Shown: positions 38,044 through 46,369 of the stretch, piece after piece
Layout of the letters: the number at the start of each line of letters is the position of its first letter
How positions within the stretch are numbered: the first letter of the stretch is position 1
From: an uncultured Verrucomicrobiae bacterium
Lineage (GTDB): Bacteria; Verrucomicrobiota; Verrucomicrobiia; Limisphaerales; UBA11358
Length of the DNA stretch: 64,000 nucleotides
Reading direction: 5' to 3'
Assembly (NCBI GenBank): GCA_963738225.1
Contig: CAVTVR010000007.1
Coordinates: 48,018-112,017, forward strand
Notes under the pieces: model-generated
Databases searched by the model: none
What the model saw: the letters and a program-made list of their open reading frames with translations, nothing else
What the model was told of the DNA's origin: nothing
Translations under genes and position numbers: made by a program

Positions 38044-38955
38044 TTAATTCCCGGAACCATTGTTCCTGCCTGGAACCAAAACCTCATTCGTGCTGCCGCG
38101 CCGGTAGCCTTGCAAATCCAGCGTGACGTGTGAGTAACCCAATTGTTTCAGCGTGGCGGCGACTTTGTCAGCCACGCCATCCGCCAGGAATTTTTGCAAT
38201 TCCGCCGGGCCGACCTCGATGCGGGCGAGCGCCATTGCGGATTGCGGATTGCGGATTGCGGATTGATCCGCGCCGCCAATCGCCAATCGCCAATCACCAT
38301 TCCGAAATTCATGGTGCCGGACGCGCACATCGTGAAAGCCAAGGTCTCGCAGCGCGTATTCCGCCTGCTCGATCATGCGCAGCTTGGCCGGAGTCACCGC
38401 CTCGCCGTAGGGCACGCGCGAACTCAAGCACGCCATCTGCGGCTTGTCCGCCGTCGGCAGGCCGAGTTGCGCGGACAGCTCGCGGATTTCCGCCTTGGTC
38501 AAACCGGCCTCCTTCAGCGGCGCGCGCACTTGAAACTCCGCCGCCGCCTGCGCGCCGGGCCGGAAATCACCAATGTCACTGGCGTTTTCACCGTAGGCGA
38601 TCACCGCGAAATTTTCCGCCTTTGCGAGCGGCGTCAATTCCTCGAACAACTCGTGCTTGCAGAAATAGCAGCGGTTCGCCGGGTTCGCCGTGTAATTTTC
38701 GTTGGCAAATTCCTTGGTCAAAATCACGCGGACGGGAAAGCCAAATTTTGCCGCGATGTCGAGCGCTTCCTGCAATTCGCGCCGCGGCAGGCTCGGTGAA
38801 TCGGCAATCGCCGCCAGCGCGCGGCTGCCCAGCGCGTCGTGCGCGACGCGCGCGAGAAACACCGAATCCACGCCGCCGGAATACGCGACGAGACAGGAGC
38901 CGTAGCTTTTCAGCAACGACCGCAATTTTTCAAGTTTGTTGTTCGCTTCGCTCAT
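38044..38955 (-). CDS. larE: ATP-dependent sacrificial sulfur transferase LarE (PP-loop)
   Basis: PP-loop VAYSGGVDS, then RCYFCKHELF and ACLSSRVPYG. Has an in-frame extra segment from the heptamer array (38234-38303). Confidence 0.87.
   Translation of the reverse strand: MSEANNKLEKLRSLLKSYGSCLVAYSGGVDSVFLARVAHDALGSRALAAIADSPSLPRRELQEALDIAAKFGFPVRVILTKEFANENYTANPANRCYFCKHELFEELTPLAKAENFAVIAYGENASDIGDFRPGAQAAAEFQVRAPLKEAGLTKAEIRELSAQLGLPTADKPQMACLSSRVPYGEAVTPAKLRMIEQAEYALRDLGFHDVRVRHHEFRNGDWRLAIGGADQSAIRNPQSAMALARIEVGPAELQKFLADGVADKVAATLKQLGYSHVTLDLQGYRRGSTNEVLVPGRNNGSGN
38234..38303. repeat. intragenic heptamer hairpin inside larE (ATTGCGG x4 / CCAATCG x3)
   Basis: Ten consecutive 7-nt units in one phase: ATTGCGG x4, ATTGATC, CGCGCCG (loop), CCAATCG x2, CCAATCA, CCATTCC. 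Encodes ...NGDWRLAIGGADQSAIRNPQSAM... Confidence 0.85.
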
Positions 38956-39014
38956 CTCTTAAATTCAGGTAGGGTTGGCGCGCTACGCCGACCGGACGCC
39001 GCAGCGCGGCATCC

Positions 39015-40352
39015 CTACCGTTTCTTGTTCTTTGCCGCCGCTGCAATTTCAAAAACCTGTCTCACCGGCACGCCGGCTTTGTCCGCCAGCTTTTTGGCCG
39101 ATTCAAATTCCGGCGCGGCCTGCACCACTTTACCACCAAGTTTGCCAATTTTCACGGTCACATTTCCTAATGAGGTTTTGACCTCGGTGAACTCACGGCG
39201 CAGCTTGCGGCGTTCGGCAACCGTTTTGCGCACGCCGAACGCGGTCGCCTCGCGCAAAATCAATTCGGCAAATTTGTCGGCTTCGGCTTCCGCGCACAAA
39301 ACCGTGAGCAGCACGCCGGGCCGGTTCTTTTTCATCTGAATCGGCGTGTGGAAAACGTCCAGCGCGCCCGCCGCCAGCGCGGTTTCGACAAAGGCGCCGA
39401 GAATTTCGCCGGAGCAATCGTCCAGATTGGTTTCCAGCACGGCGACTTTGTCTGACTCCCAATCCAAACCAGGCGCGACAACTTTGGACTTTGGACTTTG
39501 GACTTTGGACAAGCCGCCAAGCACCGCGCGCAGCACGTTTGGCCGCGTTTTATTTTCGCGCGTGCCAAGGCCAAAACCGATTTTTTCGGCGACCAAATTT
39601 TCCATCGGGCCGAAACTCTCGACAAATTCCGCCAGCAGCGCCGCACCCGTGGGCGTGACCAGTTCGTGAGGTTCGTCGCATTGCGAAACGGGAATTTTCC
39701 GCGCGCCAAGAATCGCCAGCGTGGCCGGCGCGGGCACGGGAAATTTCCCGTGCGCGCAATCAATCCAACCGGTGCCTTCCACCACCGGCGAGGCGAACAC
39801 GCGCGGCTTGCCGAGCAGTTCCAGCGCGATGGCCGCGCCCACAATGTCAACGATGGAGTCCACCGCGCCGACTTCGTGGAAGTGAACTTCCGCTGGCGGC
39901 AGGCCGTGGATTTTTCCCTCCGCTTCGGCAATGCGCTGGAAGACGGCGATGGATTTCTGCTTCACCCACGGCGAAAGCTGGCTGCGGGATATGAGATGTT
40001 TTATTTCTGCGAAATTCCGTTGCCCGTCGTGAGCGTGATGCTTGATGCTTGATGCGTGACTTTCGTGGCCATGTTCATGCGCGTGGCCGTGCTCGTGAAA
40101 ATGAATTCCGCACGTGCTTTCGTGAACATGATGTTCATGTCCATGATCGTGATCGTGCGCGAGGTGGACATCAAATTTCACGCCGGCGATGGTGGATTTT
40201 TGCTGGCGCGAAATGTGGAGATGATAGCCGTCGAGCTTGAGTTTTTTCAACTCGCGTTCGAGACTGGCGGCGTCCACGCCAAGATCCAGCAATGCGGCGA
40301 TGAACATGTCGCCCGCGATGCCGCTGATGAGATCGAGATAGAGAATTTTCAT
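39015..40352 (-). CDS. larC: nickel-pincer cofactor nickel insertase LarC
   Basis: Trimmed to ATG 40352 (MKILYLDLISGIAGDMFIAALLDLG). His-rich stretch HDHDHGHEHHVHE...HEHGHAHEHGHE. Full-length LarC/DUF111 pattern. Confidence 0.9.
   Translation of the reverse strand: MKILYLDLISGIAGDMFIAALLDLGVDAASLERELKKLKLDGYHLHISRQQKSTIAGVKFDVHLAHDHDHGHEHHVHESTCGIHFHEHGHAHEHGHESHASSIKHHAHDGQRNFAEIKHLISRSQLSPWVKQKSIAVFQRIAEAEGKIHGLPPAEVHFHEVGAVDSIVDIVGAAIALELLGKPRVFASPVVEGTGWIDCAHGKFPVPAPATLAILGARKIPVSQCDEPHELVTPTGAALLAEFVESFGPMENLVAEKIGFGLGTRENKTRPNVLRAVLGGLSKVQSPKSKVVAPGLDWESDKVAVLETNLDDCSGEILGAFVETALAAGALDVFHTPIQMKKNRPGVLLTVLCAEAEADKFAELILREATAFGVRKTVAERRKLRREFTEVKTSLGNVTVKIGKLGGKVVQAAPEFESAKKLADKAGVPVRQVFEIAAAAKNKKR
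39484..39511. repeat. tandem heptamers TTGGACT x4 inside larC
   Basis: TTGGACT x3 plus TTGGACA. On the coding (minus) strand this reads AGTCCAA repeats and encodes SKVQSPKSKV. Confidence 0.85.
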
Positions 40353-40367
40353 TTGAAATTCATTTTG

Positions 40368-40450
40368 CCACGGATGGACACAGATTCGCACAGATGGAAA
40401 AGATTGCAGCTTCGAGAATGAATCTGTGTTTCATCTGTGTGAATCTGTGG
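40368..40450. repeat. CCACGGATGGACACAGAT-type inverted-repeat element
   Basis: CCACGGATGGACACAGATTCGCACAGATGG ... ATCTGTGTTTCATCTGTGTGAATCTGTGG. Lies between larB and larC and overlaps the last larB codons. Confidence 0.8.
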
Positions 40451-41195
40451 CCAGGGAATTGATCTGACTCGCGGCGTAACCCGCGCCAAAGCCGTTGTCA
40501 ATGTTCACCACCGTCAAGCCGCTGGCGCAACTGTTCAGCATGGCGAGCAGCGCGGCGATGCCGCCAAAACTCGCGCCGTAGCCGATGCTCGTCGGCACGG
40601 CGATGACCGGCCTGGCCACCAGTCCGGCGAGCACGCTTGGCAGCGCGCCTTCCATGCCGGCGACGGCCACGATGACATTCGCGCTTTGCAACAACTCCAT
40701 CCGCGCCAGCATCCGGTGCAGCCCGGCCACGCCGATGTCGTGAATGCGCTCGACGCGGTTGCCCATGATTTCGGCGGTGACGGCGGCTTCCTCGGCCACC
40801 GGCAAATCGCTGGTGCCGGCGCAGACGACGGCGATGAAGCCGGCGCGCTTGGGCAACGGTTTTTGCTCGATGGTCACACAGCGGGCAAGGTCGTGATGGA
40901 TCGCGCGCGGGAATTTTTTGCGAAGCGCGCGGGCGTGTTCGGCGGTGACGCGGGTGACCAGCACCGGCTGGCCGAGCGCAAAAAGTTTGGCGGCGATTTT
41001 GACGATCTGATCCGGCGTTTTGCCCGCGCCAAAAATAACTTCGGGAAAGTTTTTCCGGAGCGCGCGGTGCGTGTCCACCTGGGCAAAGCCGAGGTCCGCC
41101 ACTGGCGCGGCTTGAAATGCCTGCAAAACTTTTTCCCGCGGGATTATTCCCGCGCGAAATTGTTCGAGCAATTGAGTGGCCTCGCCGGTTGTCAT
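40431..41195 (-). CDS. larB: nickel-pincer cofactor biosynthesis protein LarB (AIR carboxylase-like)
   Basis: Trimmed to ATG 41195 (MTTGEATQLLEQF...). Shows VVCAGTSDLPVAEEA and AVAGMEGALPSVLAGL motifs. Confidence 0.87.
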   Translation of the reverse strand: MTTGEATQLLEQFRAGIIPREKVLQAFQAAPVADLGFAQVDTHRALRKNFPEVIFGAGKTPDQIVKIAAKLFALGQPVLVTRVTAEHARALRKKFPRAIHHDLARCVTIEQKPLPKRAGFIAVVCAGTSDLPVAEEAAVTAEIMGNRVERIHDIGVAGLHRMLARMELLQSANVIVAVAGMEGALPSVLAGLVARPVIAVPTSIGYGASFGGIAALLAMLNSCASGLTVVNIDNGFGAGYAASQINSLATDSHR

Positions 41196-41325
41196 GGCGT
41201 GACAATGCCGCACGAAATGCCCGTTGTCACGCGGGAAAACCCAGGCCGTTTCCGTTTTCCACGACTGCGCGAACAACGACTCGCCGCTTGACGACCGTTG
41301 TGAATGCAGTTCAAACTGGTTCACC

Positions 41326-42651
41326 ATGAATCCATTATTCCCGAAGCGACATCGCTTGGTTTTGCTGACCGCCATTTTTGCCGCGTTGAACACGGCGAGT
41401 TTGTTCGCTGTTGAATTCGAGTCCAAGCCGGACGATCCCTATTTCACCAAGTTTGAGCCGGTGAAAGCGCCGGCGCCCGCCGGCTTGCTGCTCCAAACTG
41501 GCGACCGTCTTGCGATCATCGGCGATTCCATCACCGAGCAGAAAATGTATTCGCGCATCATCGAGACGTATCTCACGGTTTGCGTGCCGGAACTGAAAAT
41601 CACCGCGCGCCAGTTCGGCTGGAGCGGGGAGACCGCCGAAGGTTTTTTGCATCGCATGACGAATGATTGCCTGCGCTTCCAGCCGACCGTTGCCACGCTG
41701 TGCTACGGGATGAACGACCATCGTTACCGCGCCTACGACGAGCCGACCGGCCAGTGGTATAGCAATAATTACTCCGCGGTGGCGTCCACATTAAAAGATT
41801 CCGGCGCGCGCGTCGTGCTGGGTTCGCCGGGCTGCGTGGGCAAAATTCCGGGCTGGGTCGGCGACCAAAAAGCGTCCGTCGAAGATTTGAATTTAAGCCT
41901 CTGTCACTTTCGGAACATTGACATCGAAATCGCAGCGCTGGAAAAAATCAATTTTGCCGACGTGTTTTGGCCGATGTTCACCGCCGGTTTCACCGCGCAC
42001 CAAAAATATGGAGCGGACTATGCCGTGTCGGGCCATGACGGCGTGCATCCCGGCTGGGCCGGACATCTTATCATGGCTTACGCTTTTCTGAAGGCGATGG
42101 GACTCGACGGTGATCTTGGCACCTTTACCGTGAATCTCGGCGCGGGCACGGCCACGGCGAGTTCCGGCCACACGGTGGACAGTTTTACCAACAACACGCT
42201 GACCATCACCAGCCGCCGGTATCCATTCTGCGCCGCTGGTCCATTGGACAATGACAACTCTATCCGCTCCGGCATGACGTTCGTGCCGTTCAACGCCGAA
42301 TTGAACCGGCTTAAATTAATTGTCATCGGCGGCGCCGCGCAAAATTATGCCGTGACGTGGGGCGATCAAACGCATGATTATTCCGCCGCGCAACTCGCCG
42401 CCGGCGTGAATCTCGCGGAGGATTTTGCGATCAATCCCTTTTCTGCCGCGTTTGCCAAAGTGGACGCCGCCGTCGCCGCAAAACAAAATTACGAGACGCG
42501 GCAGATCAAGGAATTGTTTCACGGGCCGGAAGGCAAGGCCGACGCCGACGCCACGGCCGCCTTGACCGAAAAAGTCCGCCAGCCGCTGGCCGATGCCATC
42601 GCCACCGCGTTCGTGCCGGTGACGCATACGATCCTGATCCAGCCGAAGTGA
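41326..42651 (+). CDS. secreted SGNH/GDSL-family hydrolase
   Basis: Trimmed to ATG 41326 (MNPLFPKRHRLVLLTAIFAALNTASLFA). Block I IIGDSITEQ, later GMNDH and DGVHPG. Confidence 0.73.
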   Translation: MNPLFPKRHRLVLLTAIFAALNTASLFAVEFESKPDDPYFTKFEPVKAPAPAGLLLQTGDRLAIIGDSITEQKMYSRIIETYLTVCVPELKITARQFGWSGETAEGFLHRMTNDCLRFQPTVATLCYGMNDHRYRAYDEPTGQWYSNNYSAVASTLKDSGARVVLGSPGCVGKIPGWVGDQKASVEDLNLSLCHFRNIDIEIAALEKINFADVFWPMFTAGFTAHQKYGADYAVSGHDGVHPGWAGHLIMAYAFLKAMGLDGDLGTFTVNLGAGTATASSGHTVDSFTNNTLTITSRRYPFCAAGPLDNDNSIRSGMTFVPFNAELNRLKLIVIGGAAQNYAVTWGDQTHDYSAAQLAAGVNLAEDFAINPFSAAFAKVDAAVAAKQNYETRQIKELFHGPEGKADADATAALTEKVRQPLADAIATAFVPVTHTILIQPK

Positions 42652-42757
42652 ACATTGCTGGAACGCAGGCAATCTACCGAGGTCGCTGGAGCGGCAAAAC
42701 ATTCCGTTTGGCTGTCGTGACGTTCTGTTGTCCGTCGGGCTGTAATTGCGACGAATA

Positions 42758-43705
42758 TCAGGTGCCGGTTTTTTTTCCGCTGGCGAAGTAGTCGAGATAC
42801 CGCACGAGTTGTTCCTTAATTTCCTTGCGCGGCACGATGGCGTCAATGAGGCCGTGTTCGAGCAGGAATTCGGCGGTTTGAAATCCGGGCGGCAGTTCGG
42901 CGTGGGTCGTGTCCTTGATGACGCGCGGGCCGGCAAAACCGATCATCGCGGCGGGTTCGGCGAGAATCAAATCGCCCAACGCGGCGTAGCTGGCCATCAC
43001 GCCGCCGTAGCTGTTGTTGGTCAGGACGCTGATGTAAGGGCAGACGCTGTTTGGCGTGGTAGGCGAGGGCGGCGGAGGTCTTGGCCATCTGCATCAGGCT
43101 GAACACGCCTTCCTGCATCCGCGCGCCGCCGCTGGTGGAAATGATGATGGCGGGCCAGGCCGCCTTCCGTGCCGCGTTCGATAAGGCGCGTCAGTTTTTC
43201 ACCGACAACGGAACCCATCGAGCCGCCCATGAAAGCAAAATCCATCACCCCCAGCGCGACGCGGTGCGCGCCGATTTTGCAGATGCCGGTGACCACGGCG
43301 TCCTGGAGCATGGTGGCCTTGCGGTCGCGTTCCAGTTTGCTTTTGTAGCTGGCGAATTTCAGCACGTCCACGCTGGTCATCTGGGCGTCCATCTCCTCGA
43401 AGGTGCAGGTTTCGACGAGGGAATGGATGCGTTCGCGCGAGCCGATGGGGAAATGATGCTGGCATTTGGGGCAGACCTTGAGGTTTTCGTCCAGTTCCTT
43501 GTCGTAAATCATCGTGCCGCACGACGGGCATTTCGTCCAGAGACCTTCGGGAATGTCGCGTTTTTTGGTCCGGGGCTTGCCGGTGTCCAGCTTCGGCTTG
43601 ACGGTGAATGCCGTATGCGTGTGCTGGATCGGCGGCGGCGTCAGCGCCGGCTCGATCTGAACAATGCCGCCAATTGTCTTCTTCGTGAAATGATGTGGTA
43701 TCCAT
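42758..43705 (-). CDS. accD: acetyl-CoA carboxylase carboxyltransferase beta subunit, at least three frame breaks
   Basis: Zn ribbon [26 protein letters not shown], then [26 protein letters not shown] and GFAGPRVI, spread over frames 43021-43512, 42843-43118 and 42758-43000. The N-terminal start is uncertain. Confidence 0.85.
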
Positions 43706-43737
43706 TGTTGCGATATGATGACAATAATAGCGGTATG

Positions 43738-44483
43738 TCAAAGTCCGCGTGCAACTGTCCAGACACACACATCCGCCGCGCCCGCGCCGCGCAAGGCCCG
43801 CGCACACGCGCTGGTCGTCGCGCCGGTGGTGAACACGTCGTCCACGATCACGATGCGTCGGCCTGCCAACCGCATGCCGGGGCGGACGGCAAAGGCGTTT
43901 TTCATGTTCCCGGCGCGCTGCTCGCGCGTGAGCAGCGTCTGGGTGGCGGTGGGATGGACGCGGCGAAGGATTTTTTCATTCATCGGAATTCCGGTGGCGC
44001 GGGCCAGATGCGCGGCGAGCCGGGTCGGCTTGGTTGAATTCGCGTTCCCGCAGCTTCAGCGGATGCAGCGGCACCGGCACGATGAAATCCCAAGCTTGTC
44101 CGCGCAAGGCCGGCGCGGCCTCGCGCACCAGCAGGTCGGCGAGGAAATTTTCAAACCACAGCGCGCGGGAGTATTTGAAGCGATGAATGGCTTCCAGCAC
44201 GACCGTCCTGGCGACGACCGCCGAGCGCGCGGAACTGAAATGCAGTTCCAACTCGCGGCAGTTGGTGCATTCAAAAGTCGTGGTGATGTCGCCGGGGTAG
44301 GGCAGCCCGCAACGCTCGCAGAACGGCGGGCGGATGAAGCGGACGCGCGACCAGCATTGCGGGCAGACCAAGTCCGTCGCGCGCAGGGGCGCAATGACGG
44401 CGGCAGAGCTGGCAGATTTCGGGATAGACCAGCCCGAGGCCGGCTTTGAACCAGTCTTGCAGCTTGCCCGCCACCGGAGTCAT
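43738..44483 (-). CDS. ComF-family phosphoribosyltransferase-like protein, two frame breaks
   Basis: N-terminal Cys pairs (CPQC...CERC), PRTase loop IVIVDDVFTTGAT. Pieces lie in frames 44271-44483, 43976-44371 and 43738-43983. Confidence 0.73.
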
Positions 44484-44580
44484 GCGGACAATTTATTTTT
44501 TTTGGCGGAGGCGGGAAGACAATTCGGAAAAAGTTTTGTTCGCTGCCGCCGCCGGCGTGTGTTAAAAATGGGTTATCAAG

Positions 44581-45427
44581 ATGGCGCGAGCATCTGCAAC
44601 AAATGAAACGACCGGCCAGGAAAAATTCGGGCGGTTTTACCTGCGCGAACAGCTCAACGCCGGCGGCATGTCGGAAATCTGGCTGGTGGCCGACGGGCGC
44701 GGCAAGCCATTCGCCCTGCGCAAACTCAAGCACGAGCTGCGGTTCAATTTCACAGCACGCCGGCGTTTCATGCGCGGCTGCGAAGTATTGTCGCAACTGA
44801 CCGAGAGCGATTACATCGTCGGCTACGTCGAACACGGCCGGGCGGAAGGCACCTGCTATCTGCTGATGGATTACGTCGAGGCGGAAAATCTTGAAGGAGC
44901 TTTACGCGCGGCAGGACCCGCTGCTGGCGGAACACGTGGCGCAGATTTTGATTGATGCCGCCACGGGCTTGAGCCACGTCCATGAGAGCGGCTACATGCA
45001 CCTGGATTTCAAGCCGGAAAACATTCTCATCACGCGCAACGCGGCGGTGCGGCTGATTGATTTTGACATGGCGCAGCCGATTCCCGAAAAGCCGGTGAAG
45101 TTTTCCAAGAATCCCGGCACGCCCGGCTACATGGCGCCGGAGCAGTTGAAACGCGAGCCGATAGACGCGCGCGTGGACATCTTTGCGTTCGGTGTCTCGG
45201 CGTATGAACTGCTGACGAACCACAAGCCGTTTCCCGGCGAAACTCCGGCGGAAATTCTCGCCGCGCAAATGGAGCCGACCGGGCCGGCGCCGCTGCGCGA
45301 ACACAATCCCGACGTGCCGCCGGCGCTGGAAAAAGTGGTTTTGAAATGTCTCGAACGCGACCCGGAACGCCGCTATCCGTTCTGCGGCGTGATGCTGCGC
45401 GAACTGCAAAACGCGCTGTATGTCTGA
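44581..45427 (+). CDS. Ser/Thr protein kinase (Hanks type), one frame break
   Basis: ALRKLK (catalytic Lys region), HLDFKPENILI, DFDMA, GTPGYMAPEQ. Frame change near 44890. Confidence 0.8.
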
Positions 45428-45449
45428 TCCGCGCCGTCATTGGAAATTT

Positions 45450-46238
45450 TCAAAACCCTTCCTTGAATCGTGAGAACTCCGTTTCCGGCGGCGTGGTGAA
45501 ATCATAATTCCGCTCGCGCCAGACGAATTGAATCCGCCCGGCGTGCAGCGCGTGCCGCGGCAGGATGAGCCGGGCGCGCTGTTCATCCGTCAAACGGCCT
45601 TCCACCAGCGCGAGATATAAATCGGGATCGCCGCCGTAAATTTTGTCGCCCACGATGGGATGGCCGAGGTGCGCGAGATGGATGCGAATTTGGTGCTTGC
45701 GTCCGGTGTGTGGAATCAGGCGCACCAGCGAAAACGCGGCGGCGGCGCGCGAAAATCTTTTTTCCACGAAAAATTCCGTCTGCGCGGGCGCGCCGTCAGG
45801 CCGGACGCAGTCCTTGATGGCGACGATGCTTGTTTCGTCTTTGCCGAGCGGCGCGTCAATGATCCCATGCTCCGCCGCGATGTGGCCGTGAACGATGGCG
45901 CAGTATTCCTTTCGCACGGCGCGAGTCTCCCAGATTTTCCCCAGTTCGCGCGCCGCCGCGGGATTTTTGGCGATGACGACGAGGCCGGATGTTTCGCGGT
46001 CGAGGCGGTGGATGAGATGAGGCGCGAGGCATGAGGCAATGGGCGCGAGGGTTTGCCCCGCGCCTCGCGCCTCGCGCCCCGCGCCAGACAAATAAATCCG
46101 CACGCGGCTGATGAGGCTGGAGTATTCGTCGCCTTTGGTGGGATGACAAACCAGATCGGCGGGTTTGTGGACGACAAGCAGGTCGGCGTCTTCATGAATG
46201 ATGGCGAAGAGTTTTTCCAAACGCGGAAATTTAACCAC
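45450..46238 (-). CDS. RluA-family pseudouridine synthase
   Basis: HRLDRETSGLVV catalytic Asp motif and PHTGRKHQIRIHL. The track N-terminus (46334) is translated repeat, so the start is set tentatively at GTG 46238. Has an in-frame insert at 46014-46085. Confidence 0.82.
   Translation of the reverse strand: MVKFPRLEKLFAIIHEDADLLVVHKPADLVCHPTKGDEYSSLISRVRIYLSGAGREARGAGQTLAPIASCLAPHLIHRLDRETSGLVVIAKNPAAARELGKIWETRAVRKEYCAIVHGHIAAEHGIIDAPLGKDETSIVAIKDCVRPDGAPAQTEFFVEKRFSRAAAAFSLVRLIPHTGRKHQIRIHLAHLGHPIVGDKIYGGDPDLYLALVEGRLTDEQRARLILPRHALHAGRIQFVWRERNYDFTTPPETEFSRFKEGF
46014..46085. repeat. intragenic heptamer hairpin inside the RluA-family gene (GGCGCGA / TCGCGCC units)
   Basis: GAGATGA GGCGCGA GGCATGA GGCAATG GGCGCGA, a 9-nt loop, then CCGCGCC TCGCGCC TCGCGCC CCGCGCC. 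72 nt, which is 24 codons. Encodes ...SGAGREARGAGQTLAPIASCLA... Confidence 0.85.
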
Positions 46239-46363
46239 GGATGGACTCGGATGGACACAGATAAAATGAAGAAGGCCGAATGATGAATGAAGAAACGGGA
46301 AATCCGTGAGCCGCCCGCGAAGAAGTTTCTTCATTCTTCATTCAAAATTCTTCATTCTTCCTT
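46235..46363. repeat. composite element: CCACGGATGGA...CACAGATAAA unit plus AATGAAG/CTTCATT heptamer hairpin
   Basis: CCACGGATGGACTCGGATGGACACAGATAAA at 46235-46265. Left arm AATGAAG-type units 46265-46292. Right arm CTTCATT CTTCATT CAAAATT CTTCATT CTTCCTT at 46329-46363. Confidence 0.8.
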
Positions 46364-46369
46364 GGAACA

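Noticed and set aside
38234-38303. Whether the short tandem repeats could be CRISPR arrays or simple microsatellites.
   Set aside because: The units are 7 nt with no spacers, so they are not CRISPR. Both arms are reverse-complement arrays and recur with different units at many loci, which plain microsatellite slippage at one locus does not explain.
43199-43807. A 202-aa minus-strand ORF.
   Set aside because: It is an out-of-frame reading of accD. Only its ATG at 43705 may be the true accD start.
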